A stretch of 28,516 nt of DNA from a virus (IMGVR_UViG_3300042196_000130:1-28516), one strand, 5' to 3'; positions 1 through 8,328 are shown, counted from the stretch's first letter. A program made the numbers and translations. Notes: generated by a model not told the origin, from the letters alone.

Positions 1-1
1 G

Positions 2-451
2 CATCTGGCGTTATCCGCCTCCAGCCGCCACCTCATCGTCCGCACGTCCGCCCTCTTCGGCGGCTCCGGCGGCCAGGAATCGAAGGGCGGGAGCTTCGTG
101 GATCGGATCATCGCCGGAGCCAAGGCCGGCACGCCGCTCCGCGTGGTCGACGACCAGGTGACGGCGCCCACCTACACGCCAGACCTGGCGGGCGGAATCC
201 TTACGCTTCTGGACGATCCGCAGGCAGCCGGCATCTACCACCTGGCCGGGGCCGCCGGCTGCTCCTGGTACGAGCTGGCCCGCGCTGCCGTGGACTTCGC
301 CGGCATCGAGGCCGATCTCCTGCCAATCCGCACCGAGGACTCGGGCGCTCGCGCTCGCCGGCCCCGCTTCTCGCAGCTCGGCTCCGTCCGCACCGACGGC
401 CTCAGGCCGTGGACGGAGACGCTGCCGGAGTACCTGCGGGCGCTTGTTTGA
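2..451 (+). CDS. rmlD: dTDP-4-dehydrorhamnose reductase (RmlD family), C-terminal part, 5' truncated by window edge
   Basis: Frame is open from base 2: HLIVRTSALFG...SFVDRII...LRVVDDQVTAPTYTPDLA...GIYHLAG...SWYELA...ARRPRFSQL...LRPWTETL, the typical RmlD substrate-binding C-terminal motifs. Confidence 0.9.
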   Translation, partial: HLALSASSRHLIVRTSALFGGSGGQESKGGSFVDRIIAGAKAGTPLRVVDDQVTAPTYTPDLAGGILTLLDDPQAAGIYHLAGAAGCSWYELARAAVDFAGIEADLLPIRTEDSGARARRPRFSQLGSVRTDGLRPWTETLPEYLRALV

Positions 452-455
452 GCCA

Positions 456-2645
456 TCAGGCCTCGAACAGCGCCAGTTGAGACTTCGCCCCGCTTAGGTT
501 CCTGCAACCGATCTCCCAATACTGGCGCTTGAGTTCGATCCCGATGAACCGACGCCCGAGCTTGAGCGAGACGAATCCCTCGCTCCCGATGCCGGCGAAT
601 GGCGACAGCACGAGATCGCCCTGATTAGACCAGAGCCGCACGCATCGGTTGATCGTCTCGAGTTGCAGGGGGCAGATGTGGCGCTCGTCTTTGTCGTTTC
701 TCGCCTCGGCGTAGTTGAGCGTCTCGGTCTCCCGGATTCCATACCAGATTGGACGCGCCCACAAGATCCATTCCTCATTCGTCACGTCGGTCTTAACCGG
801 CTCACCGTTCTCGCCGGGAGCGCGGAAGAGGAGGATGTAGTCAGCCATCGCCGGCCGCGACCATGCCGAGTCCTTGTTCTTTTGCACGAACATGAGCGCC
901 TTCGACTTGGTACGGATTGCTTGTGCCTGCGGGTCCTTGTCGATCACCACCTCGCCGTCGTAGACGAATCCGTGCTCGACAAAGAGCCGCACCACGTCGG
1001 CGCGGAAGTCGCGGAATCCGATGACACCATGGGTCGCCTTGGTGGTCGTAATCTGCTGCACATGGACGCAGGCTCGCCGGCCCGGCATGAGAACGCGCAG
1101 GAGTTCCGGCACCATAAAGCCGAAGTGCTCGAAGAACTGCTCATAGTCGCTGGAATTGCCGAGGTCGCGCGGCGAGGACGAGTAGGTGTAGAGCGAGGCA
1201 AATGGTGGCGAGAACACGGTCAGCCCGACCGATCCCGCGGCCACTTCGCTGATTCGCTCGGTCGCATCTCCGAGAAGGAATTTCCACCCATCGCCAGCGG
1301 ACTCCGCAGTCTCGTAGATGTGCTGCTCCTTGGGGCTCGTTGCCTCAAGCTCCTCCATCATGCCCTCCCGCATTTGAGAGACGATGCGCCCGGCCATGTC
1401 ACTGGCCGCCGCCTCCTTCCGGTGAACGTTGGCCGAGACTCCCTGCTCGGCTTGGCTCACGATGATTGAGACGGCCACCGGGCGCGCCTGCCCGAAGCGC
1501 CAGCATCGGCGGATTGCCTGGTAATACTGCTCATAGCTGTGTGACAGCCCGAGGAAGATGACGCGGGCGCAGTGCTGCCAGTTGAGGCCGAAGCCGAACA
1601 TGCTGGGCTTGGTGATGAGTACCTTGACCGCGCCGTGTCGCCATGCGTGTTCTCTCGCGACCTTCTCATCGTCGCCCGTCGAGCCCTCGATGAGCACGCA
1701 TTCGTCGCCAAGCGCCGCGGCGAGCTTTCGCCCCTCGTCGTTGAGCCCGCACCACACGAGTACCTGGCCGTCGTGGCGCGCGATCATCTTGGCGGCCCAA
1801 TCGACGCGGATCCCAATTGTCGCGCGGCGGGCGTCGTTGTCCCCGGAGATCCCCCCTTGTGAGACGTAGAACAACTGCCCATCGGGGCGCCAGTCGCATT
1901 CGACCACCTCGTCCACGATCGACAGCCCGGGGAGCACAAATCCATCGTCGTCGAATCCAAGATCGCTCGGCCGCCGCACGTACACGGCCCATGATGCAAC
2001 CCAGCGCCAGAAGGCAGCCTCCGCGTGTCCCTTGAGCCGCCATTCGGCCCCGCCAGTCGTCCCCATGTCGTGCACGAAGAACGACGCCAGCATCTCAGCC
2101 CGCGTCATGGCGCCGACGTACTCCGCATGGTTCGCGAGTTCCGAGAGATCATTGGGGGCGGGTGTCGCCGTGCAGGCCAGGCGGAACGGGATCGACGTGA
2201 AGTCACGCAGGATCATGGTCCGCGTCTTGCCGTCGATGCTCTTGAGGATCGACGACTCGTCGAGCACGAGGCAGTCGTACGGGGCGCCGACGAAGTGGCC
2301 GAGCTTCTGATAGTTGGTGATCTGATAGGAGGCGAGAGACGGCCCATTGGCGAACTCGACCACCAATCCCAGCTTCTTCGCCTCCTCGATCGTCTGCTCG
2401 GCCACGGCGAGCGGCGCCACGATGAGCGCGCGGCCATTCGCGGGGCGCATCTGCCGTGCCCATTCGAGTTGCATGAGCGTCTTGCCAAGCCCGCAGTCGG
2501 CGAAGATCGCAGCCCGGCCCTTTCGGCAGGCCCATCGCACGATGGCCGATTGAAAGGGATAGAGCACCGTGGACAGCGCAGACGGCTCGCGACCGACGGC
2601 CGCCATTCGAGGTGTCTTGCGGTCAAGGAAGTCGCCGTATATCAT
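456..2645 (-). CDS. SNF2/SF2 helicase fused to N4/N6 DNA methyltransferase (729 aa)
   Basis: Start MIYGDFL at 2645 (ATGA overlap with upstream stop). Helicase motifs ADCGLGKT, LVLDESS, ACTATP, QAIRRCWRFGQ. C-terminal MTase motif IV FSPPF precedes motif I SPFAGIGS...GRRFIGIE (beta-class order). Confidence 0.9.
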   Translation of the reverse strand: MIYGDFLDRKTPRMAAVGREPSALSTVLYPFQSAIVRWACRKGRAAIFADCGLGKTLMQLEWARQMRPANGRALIVAPLAVAEQTIEEAKKLGLVVEFANGPSLASYQITNYQKLGHFVGAPYDCLVLDESSILKSIDGKTRTMILRDFTSIPFRLACTATPAPNDLSELANHAEYVGAMTRAEMLASFFVHDMGTTGGAEWRLKGHAEAAFWRWVASWAVYVRRPSDLGFDDDGFVLPGLSIVDEVVECDWRPDGQLFYVSQGGISGDNDARRATIGIRVDWAAKMIARHDGQVLVWCGLNDEGRKLAAALGDECVLIEGSTGDDEKVAREHAWRHGAVKVLITKPSMFGFGLNWQHCARVIFLGLSHSYEQYYQAIRRCWRFGQARPVAVSIIVSQAEQGVSANVHRKEAAASDMAGRIVSQMREGMMEELEATSPKEQHIYETAESAGDGWKFLLGDATERISEVAAGSVGLTVFSPPFASLYTYSSSPRDLGNSSDYEQFFEHFGFMVPELLRVLMPGRRACVHVQQITTTKATHGVIGFRDFRADVVRLFVEHGFVYDGEVVIDKDPQAQAIRTKSKALMFVQKNKDSAWSRPAMADYILLFRAPGENGEPVKTDVTNEEWILWARPIWYGIRETETLNYAEARNDKDERHICPLQLETINRCVRLWSNQGDLVLSPFAGIGSEGFVSLKLGRRFIGIELKRQYWEIGCRNLSGAKSQLALFEA

Positions 2646-3397
2646 TCCGCGCGCTTCTCCGAAGTCCCCACCTCTGCCGGCCCCATGAACTCCTCGACCA
2701 GCACCTCGCCCTTCGAGATGTCCCAGCGGGCGTGAACATGGAAGTGCGGCTGCCCGCCGGCGATGCAGGCCTTGACGACGTAGGGGTCTAGGTAGAGCGG
2801 CGAGCGGTCCACTTCCCACTGCGCCGGGGCGATGATGAGCGGGTGGTCGAGCTGCCGGATCTTGGCACGAATGGCCGGCGGGATCGGACCCGAGAAGGTG
2901 GAGACGAGGATCGAATCCTGGCCGCGGGAGAGCCAGACGCCAACGGCTCCTGCGAGCGCGACGAGCCAGAACAGCGGTACGAGACCGGGCCGGGGGAACT
3001 CCATGCTCGGGATCGGGCATATGATCCCCATGATGAGCCCAACACCGCCGAAAATGCATGACATCACCTGAACGCCGATCCAGTCGATCCTCGAGGCGAG
3101 CCTCGTGTCCACGGACACGTGCCCGCCCAGGATCGCCCCGTGCGGGTAGAACCAGCAGGCTGAGTCGCGCGAGTTGGGATCGTAGAGCCCGAAGCGCGGC
3201 ACGCGCCTCCGGTGCTTCCAGAGGACGGACAGGCTGAAGACCTCGGGCGAGAGCACCGGCCCCGGCAAGGAACACGCTTGCTGCTCATCCTCGCACGGTA
3301 GCGGGCGCTCCTCCTTCTTGAGCTCGGGCGCCGATGTGCCCTGCTTCTGCTCCGAGATCCACTGCGTCAGCGGCCCGTAGTCGGTCTGAGTGCTCAT
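2642..3397 (-). CDS. Hypothetical membrane protein (two hydrophobic segments)
   Basis: 251 aa; ATGA-coupled at both ends; hydrophobic stretches VMSCIFGGVGLIMGIICPI and LVPLFWLVALAGAVGVWL. Confidence 0.7.
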   Translation of the reverse strand: MSTQTDYGPLTQWISEQKQGTSAPELKKEERPLPCEDEQQACSLPGPVLSPEVFSLSVLWKHRRRVPRFGLYDPNSRDSACWFYPHGAILGGHVSVDTRLASRIDWIGVQVMSCIFGGVGLIMGIICPIPSMEFPRPGLVPLFWLVALAGAVGVWLSRGQDSILVSTFSGPIPPAIRAKIRQLDHPLIIAPAQWEVDRSPLYLDPYVVKACIAGGQPHFHVHARWDISKGEVLVEEFMGPAEVGTSEKRAE

Positions 3398-3870
3398 TGG
3401 GCTTCTCCTTCTGCGGCCTCGGGTTCTGTTGCAGCCGGAGTGGCTTCCAGCCGATCAATCCACGTCCCTGATCTCACCACGGCCGTCACGAGAAGCACCG
3501 GCAGCGTCGAGTGCTCTCCCTCGGGGGAATTGTTCCCGGGCGCCGACTGCTCCTGCTTGTGGACGCCGACCATGACCTGCGCCAGCGCCTCAATCCGCGA
3601 GCCCGGGCCAGCCGCGGCGATGAGATCGTTCAGGAACTGCTCGATGCCTCGGGGGCCGACGCAGAGGCCGGCATGCGCGGGGCCGGCACTGGCGGGCGCA
3701 ACAGACGGCATGGGCGCCGTACCAGTAGGCAGCACCTTCCGCCCCACCGGTGGAGAAGCCGCAGCCGAGAAGCACCGGGCACAGAGGTAGGCTGGCTTCC
3801 CGGCGACGATGCGCGGGTACCGCCCCAAGAGCGGCCCGTGGCAGATGGCGCAGGCGGTCTCGTTAGGCAT
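3394..3870 (-). CDS. Hypothetical protein with N-terminal CxxC...CxxC zinc finger
   Basis: Start MPNETACAICHG...YLCARC at 3870 after GAGGAAGG; stop coupled to next gene. Confidence 0.65.
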   Translation of the reverse strand: MPNETACAICHGPLLGRYPRIVAGKPAYLCARCFSAAASPPVGRKVLPTGTAPMPSVAPASAGPAHAGLCVGPRGIEQFLNDLIAAAGPGSRIEALAQVMVGVHKQEQSAPGNNSPEGEHSTLPVLLVTAVVRSGTWIDRLEATPAATEPEAAEGEAQ

Positions 3871-4234
3871 GCCAACATCCTTCCTCGTTCTTGGGCAGTA
3901 GGGCGATGACCACTTCGTGGCCCGGGATCGAGGACTTGAACCCAGGGTAGAGCGCAGCCGCCTCGAACTCAACGCACTCGAACTTGACGGGCCAGCGCTT
4001 TGTTGCCCACGTGGAGAACCATCGCTGCTTGAAGTGCTGCCACCAGTCGGCCGGATAGACCACACGGTGGCGCTTCAGCCTCTCGCCGAAGATGCATCCG
4101 GTTGCCTCGTAGGCGATCCAGTCGCACTCGTTCTCAACGTCGACGATGGTGTCGACCCACACCTTCGAGAGCTTGCCCGCGAGCGAAAAGCGGAACTTCT
4201 CAAGGCGGACCTGTCTTGCCTCAACGTCGCTCAT
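3863..4234 (-). CDS. Phage hypothetical protein (YPADWWQHFKQRWF motif)
   Basis: 123 aa; ATGA-coupled to upstream gene; Trp-rich motif of a kind common in phage early proteins. Confidence 0.7.
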   Translation of the reverse strand: MSDVEARQVRLEKFRFSLAGKLSKVWVDTIVDVENECDWIAYEATGCIFGERLKRHRVVYPADWWQHFKQRWFSTWATKRWPVKFECVEFEAAALYPGFKSSIPGHEVVIALLPKNEEGCWHA

Positions 4235-4962
4235 GCGATCCCCCGGACTTCCGGCAGCTCGGCTTGGAAGTAGAGCCCGATCCGCCGCATCGCCTCGCGC
4301 TTCCAGGCACCACCATCCGCCTCGAAGAGGGCCAGCTCGGGACGGTCGGCCTCCCTGCTCGTGGCGGTTCGCACGCGTAGCACGAAGAGCGATGACGGCT
4401 GCTCGACCTCCGTGAACGTTCGGAAGGGCGAGAGAAGCACCGGGTTCGGCACGGCCTGCATCCCCACCAAGGTCACGCCGCGCCCGGTCTTGACCTCCTG
4501 CGTCACGCCGTCGTCCACCGTCTCGCGCACGGAGTTCTCGCGGATCGAGGCCACGAGCTGGAGCACCTGATCGCGGCCGGCTGATGGCGCGAAGCCCGTT
4601 TGGAGCCAGATCGAGAACGTCTCCGCGTCCTTGTACTCGTTGAATCCCACCGTCGGCGAATAGCTGGCGCGGATCCAGACGGGGCGGCGGAAGCGCACGA
4701 ACTCGGACCCAATGGCTCCACGGAGACTCGCGACCACCGGCGAATCGACGGTCAAGAGAAGCTCATCGAGATTGTGCTTGTCGATGTTGGCCTTGGCGTA
4801 GGCGACTAGCCCCGAGAGGGTCGAGACGAGAAGCGGTACTGGATCGTCCAGTTCGCGCCGGATCTCCGTCCATCCCTCCGGCGCGATGGTCATGCCTGCG
4901 TCATCAAGCCACCAGGGCCGCTGCACCGAAGCCACGATCTCGCGAATGGTTTCCGAATCCAT
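4231..4962 (-). CDS. Conserved phage protein (PNPVxLxPFRTFxEVEQP / LFEADGGAW family)
   Basis: 243 aa; motifs DDGVTQEV, VPNPVLLSPFRTFTEVEQPSSLFVLRV, ALFEADGGAWK. Confidence 0.8.
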   Translation of the reverse strand: MDSETIREIVASVQRPWWLDDAGMTIAPEGWTEIRRELDDPVPLLVSTLSGLVAYAKANIDKHNLDELLLTVDSPVVASLRGAIGSEFVRFRRPVWIRASYSPTVGFNEYKDAETFSIWLQTGFAPSAGRDQVLQLVASIRENSVRETVDDGVTQEVKTGRGVTLVGMQAVPNPVLLSPFRTFTEVEQPSSLFVLRVRTATSREADRPELALFEADGGAWKREAMRRIGLYFQAELPEVRGIA

Positions 4963-5310
4963 CTACGCGCCCTCCTCCTTCTTGACGATGACGTGGTACT
5001 CCGGGGCCTCCGCGAACATGTCCTCCTGGTGCGCCGCCTCGACGGCCACCAACCTCCCCTTGTCGCGCCCAAGAAAGACGACCGTCGAACGGCCCTTCAG
5101 CCCGGCGAGCTTCGTCTTGGCGCTGATCGTGAGATCGCCGACTTGGCGCTCCTCGTTGACCGCGAAGGTAAAGGTGAGCGTGATGGTGCGCTTCGTCTTC
5201 CAGTCGGCGTTGGGATCCTCGATGTTGGCGAGAACGCGGTCGAGTTCCGCGCTCCAGAGATCCTCGGCCGCGCCCTCAGCGACCGTTCCTAGCGTGATCG
5301 GAGTCGGCAT
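4963..5310 (-). CDS. Conserved phage protein (family often annotated 'replication terminator protein')
   Basis: 115 aa; ELDRVLANIEDPNADWKTKRTITLTFTF...SAKTKLA; RBS GAGGAG; lies directly upstream of its usual partner gene. Confidence 0.75.
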   Translation of the reverse strand: MPTPITLGTVAEGAAEDLWSAELDRVLANIEDPNADWKTKRTITLTFTFAVNEERQVGDLTISAKTKLAGLKGRSTVVFLGRDKGRLVAVEAAHQEDMFAEAPEYHVIVKKEEGA

Positions 5311-5334
5311 CCTTGTCTCTCCTCATGAAGTAGT

Positions 5335-5627
5335 GCCCGGCCCTCCGGCCTGGCAGGTGCCCCCCGGACCTCAGCGCAGTCCTCGGGGCCGGGCGGGAAT
5401 CGGGCGCGCCGCTACGCACGCAAGAGAGCAGGTCGAAGGCAGGCACGCTCATTCCCCATGAACCTTCGCCTCCGCTGTCAGCTCTCCCGCGATACGTCAC
5501 AGCGCGCCCTTTTCCGATTGGCGGTACCCATCGAGAGAGAGCCGGCCGCGCACGGCCGAGCATCGGATTGCAGCATGTGACCCAAGGCAACCACGCCCCT
5601 TCCGCCGGCAATCTCCGGCTCTCTCTC
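5335..5627 (-). ncRNA. Putative structured RNA element with three long stem-loop domains
   Basis: Intergenic inverted repeats 5533-5545/5615-5627 (13 bp perfect), 5402-5411/5500-5509 with 5419-5429/5481-5491, and 5335-5343/5386-5394. Mismatches read as G-U on the minus strand. Confidence 0.5.
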
Positions 5628-5636
5628 CATCCCGAG

Positions 5637-5909
5637 CTATTCGATGTCGACCGCGTCTGGATCGCCTCCGTGCTTCATATCCATCTGTTTGTCGAGCCAG
5701 ACGCCAAGCTCATGCAGCTCCGCCCGCAGCCGCCCCCAGGAACCGCCGCCGAAACCGCAGTCAGCAGGTGGCTCGCTTCCGTCCTCCGGATGGCAGCGGT
5801 CGCTGCCGTCTTGCGATATGCACAAGCGTTCGAAGATCGCGTCCGCCGGCTTTACCATGGAGCCTACGAGCACGAACGCCAAGATCACGAGCAGCACCAT
5901 CTTCTTCAT
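5637..5909 (-). CDS. Small secreted protein with signal peptide
   Basis: MKKMVLLVILAFVLVGSMVKPADA then mature region; RBS AAAGGAG; alternative in-frame start at 5924. Confidence 0.7.
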   Translation of the reverse strand: MKKMVLLVILAFVLVGSMVKPADAIFERLCISQDGSDRCHPEDGSEPPADCGFGGGSWGRLRAELHELGVWLDKQMDMKHGGDPDAVDIE

Positions 5910-5920
5910 CGCTTCTCCTT

Positions 5921-6175
5921 TCATGGCGCCCCGTCGGCACCGATGGGAACCGCGGCCATCGCTGAGCGGCCGTTGTCGCCGACAAGGACGTAGACCACGT
6001 TCCCGTGCTCCGCGTCCACGTAGCGCCAAAGCTCGCAACTCCACCAATCGCCAACGTCGGCCATGTGCTCGGCCTTTGGCCTCGGCGGCTTCGGAGGAGA
6101 CATCTCCGCTTGCTGCGACGGGGATGAGCACCCCGCGAGCCCGAGCATGGTCGCCGCGAGAATCGCGCCCCTCAT
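5921..6175 (-). CDS. Putative lipoprotein
   Basis: MRGAILAATMLGLAGC with LAGC lipobox; RBS GAGGAG; ATGA coupling. Confidence 0.7.
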   Translation of the reverse strand: MRGAILAATMLGLAGCSSPSQQAEMSPPKPPRPKAEHMADVGDWWSCELWRYVDAEHGNVVYVLVGDNGRSAMAAVPIGADGAP

Positions 6176-6588
6176 CGCTTCTCCTCTCGCAAGGTGATCG
6201 ACTCGCCCTGGCCTCGCCGGAGCACGATGAGCGAATCGACTTCGCCCGTGAATACAGCCAGATGAGTCCGGGCCTTCGGATCGCCCGTCATCTCGACCGG
6301 AAGCTCGACGAGGAGCCGCCCGGCCTGGGAGTCCGGTCCCGCGAAGGCGACGATCGCCTCCACTTCGTAGCCGGGCGGCGTATCGACTTCGTAGACGCGC
6401 TCGCCGTAGCCGAGGCACATGGCGCGGTCGATGCACATGCCAAGCTCCTGCGAGTACATCGAAACCCAGGCGGCCTGCGAGCGGCGGTACGAGAGGAACC
6501 GCGACCACTCGCGATCGAGCGGCGCCTGGTCCGAGGCGTGGAAGCCGGGCGGGCCGGAGAGGAGGACGGCGAGGAGGAGGGGATTCAT
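6172..6588 (-). CDS. Hypothetical protein, possibly exported
   Basis: 138 aa; short hydrophobic N-terminus; ATGA-coupled at both ends. Confidence 0.65.
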   Translation of the reverse strand: MNPLLLAVLLSGPPGFHASDQAPLDREWSRFLSYRRSQAAWVSMYSQELGMCIDRAMCLGYGERVYEVDTPPGYEVEAIVAFAGPDSQAGRLLVELPVEMTGDPKARTHLAVFTGEVDSLIVLRRGQGESITLREEKR

Positions 6589-6863
6589 GGTTGCTGCTCC
6601 TCCTCGTCTGCTAGTGATGCTCCACGAGCCAGGGCTGCGATCCGTCGCGCGCGCTCCTCACGGCGGCCGGCGTTCCAGCCCTGTAGATATGCCATCGTCG
6701 CCGCCTCTTCTTTGATACATCCAGGACACCGGTTGTCCTTGCCATGAGCATCGCACCGCGTCAGGTCTCTCCACCACATGAAGCCGATGGCGGCCAAAGC
6801 GACGATAAAGCTTAGACAGACGAAAAAGGCAACGAGTCCGGGCGCGATCATGCTGTCTCCCAT
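6585..6863 (-). CDS. Single-pass membrane protein with C/H cluster
   Basis: MGDSMIAPGLVAFFVCLSFIVALAAIGFMWW...CDAH...CPGC; TGATG overlap at start. Confidence 0.65.
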   Translation of the reverse strand: MGDSMIAPGLVAFFVCLSFIVALAAIGFMWWRDLTRCDAHGKDNRCPGCIKEEAATMAYLQGWNAGRREERARRIAALARGASLADEEEQQP

Positions 6864-7165
6864 CAGCTCTCCTCCCCGGCGGCCGAGAGGTCGATCGTCG
6901 TCGGCTCGCGCAGGCGATTGAGCAGCGCCAGCCCCATCTCGGGATCGCCTTGGAAGCACTGCCAGTCGTGCAGCCCGATACCAGTCGCCTCACGATCGGC
7001 GCGCACCACCCTCGTCGCCATCGCGATGGCCTCGCGGGCCACGGCGAGCCACAGCCACTTGCCTCCGCCCGGCGTGTCGATGAGCCGCTGCGCATCGACA
7101 TAGGCTGCGTGCAGCCTCTCGGCGACCCGGCGCTCCAGCTCGGCCCGCGCCGCGTCGTCCGTCAT
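6863..7165 (-). CDS. Hypothetical protein
   Basis: Start MTDDAARAELE at 7165 after GGAG; 100 aa; coupled to next gene. Confidence 0.6.
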   Translation of the reverse strand: MTDDAARAELERRVAERLHAAYVDAQRLIDTPGGGKWLWLAVAREAIAMATRVVRADREATGIGLHDWQCFQGDPEMGLALLNRLREPTTIDLSAAGEES

Positions 7166-7187
7166 GGCGCCGACTCCGCCGAAATGG

Positions 7188-7682
7188 TCAAGATAGCCGG
7201 GTTGAGCGAACCCGCTCGGCGTTCTCACGGTTCTTGGCCTTCTGGATGCCGAGATGTAGCGCCCATCCGAAGGTGTTACCGCTGTGCCCATCGCTGATCC
7301 CCGCGTCGATCTCGGCCAAGGACTTCCCCTCGTCGATCAGTCTGGCGATGACCTCGCTTTCATCCTCGATGAACTGCGCGTAGGCCTTTGACGCGGTTTC
7401 TCGCTCCGCTTTCGGCTGGAAGTCGTTGCCGACATACCAGACCGCCTTCCATCCCAGCTTGCTGGGACTCCACCATTCGAAGCCGGCGACGCACGAGAAC
7501 TGGATCGTCCAGAAGCGAAGTCGGCACCCTGGCGCCAGTCGCCTCTCCCAATCCTCATCGGGGCAGTAGAAGTCCTTCCGCTTGGCACCCGAGAATGTCC
7601 ATCCGTCAGACTTGATGGTCACGATGGCCTCGCCATCCCATGTGATCTCTTCCAGCAGTGATTCACGGTGCTCGAACATCAC
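7188..7682 (-). CDS. Hypothetical phage protein (GHSGNTFG motif)
   Basis: 164 aa globular-looking ORF with strong RBS GAGGAGG. Confidence 0.7.
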   Translation of the reverse strand: MMFEHRESLLEEITWDGEAIVTIKSDGWTFSGAKRKDFYCPDEDWERRLAPGCRLRFWTIQFSCVAGFEWWSPSKLGWKAVWYVGNDFQPKAERETASKAYAQFIEDESEVIARLIDEGKSLAEIDAGISDGHSGNTFGWALHLGIQKAKNRENAERVRSTRLS

Positions 7683-7698
7683 GCCTCCTCAGTCCGAA

Positions 7699-7845
7699 GC
7701 CCCGGAGGCAGGGACGCCGCCAGTGACAGCATCCCATGAGAACGGTGCCCGCCCCCGGGGGCACATCGAAGCCGGGGCCGGCGATCCACCCACCTTCGCA
7801 CCGCGCATCCTCCGTCGCCGTGCGTTGGCAGCAGCCGGCCCCGGC
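7699..7845 (-). other. Intergenic double-hairpin RNA element
   Basis: Perfect 12-bp inverted repeat 7771-7782/7834-7845; imperfect inverted repeat 7699-7713/7748-7762 with a G-U pair on the minus strand. Confidence 0.45.
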
Positions 7846-7849
7846 ACCA

Positions 7850-8095
7850 TCACAGCTCCTCCGCGGTTCTCTCCAGCGAGAACCGGATCACGCGCCATTG
7901 CTGCTCGGTGAGGACCGCCGGGATCTTCCTTTGGTGGCGCCCTTCCTGGATCAGCTCCAAGATGTGGAGGCGCTCCGCCCCGTCGAGAATCCCCGTCACG
8001 GCCAGCGCGACGCCCCGGCACGCCATCCCGACCTTGCGCGCGTTCTCCCCCGTGCTGAACTCGGGATCGTAGGAGTCGCTGATAGGTCCAGGCAT
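7850..8095 (-). CDS. Hypothetical protein
   Basis: Start MPGPISDSYDPEF at 8095 (TGATG overlap); 81 aa. Confidence 0.65.
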   Translation of the reverse strand: MPGPISDSYDPEFSTGENARKVGMACRGVALAVTGILDGAERLHILELIQEGRHQRKIPAVLTEQQWRVIRFSLERTAEEL

Positions 8096-8328
8096 CACAC
8101 CTTCTCCTTCGCGGCGGGCGCCTTGAGCGCGGCCTGCCGGTCCGCGGCGTCGATATCCTTTGCGCGAGCCGTCATCCAGGCTGCAACCGCGCGGTCTACT
8201 TCGTGGATGCCGGCCTTCTCCGCGAGATAACGGCGGCACTCATTCATCATCCATCGGGCAGCCTGCCGCTTGGGGTTCTCGGGCTGCATATGATGGTGCG
8301 GTTCTACCGTGTAGGTATTTCGTCTCAT
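8095..8328 (-). CDS. Hypothetical protein
   Basis: 77 aa; coupled at both ends. Confidence 0.6.
   Translation of the reverse strand: MRRNTYTVEPHHHMQPENPKRQAARWMMNECRRYLAEKAGIHEVDRAVAAWMTARAKDIDAADRQAALKAPAAKEKV

Noticed and set aside
2646-3275. N-terminal 210 aa of the 939-aa ORF in the track
   Set aside because: Overlaps the coupled gene 2642-3397 in another frame and reads as GC-rich shadow sequence; the helicase start at 2645 has an ATGA overlap.
3925-3950. GGGTTCAAGTCC on the minus strand, resembling a tRNA T-arm or att site
   Set aside because: Lies within a coding frame (YPGFKSS), with no remaining tRNA structure and no second copy seen.
5420-5450. GCAGGTCGAAGGCAG on the plus strand, loosely like SRP RNA domain IV
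   Set aside because: Lacks the GNRA-capped stem and symmetric loop, and G-U polarity favours the minus strand.
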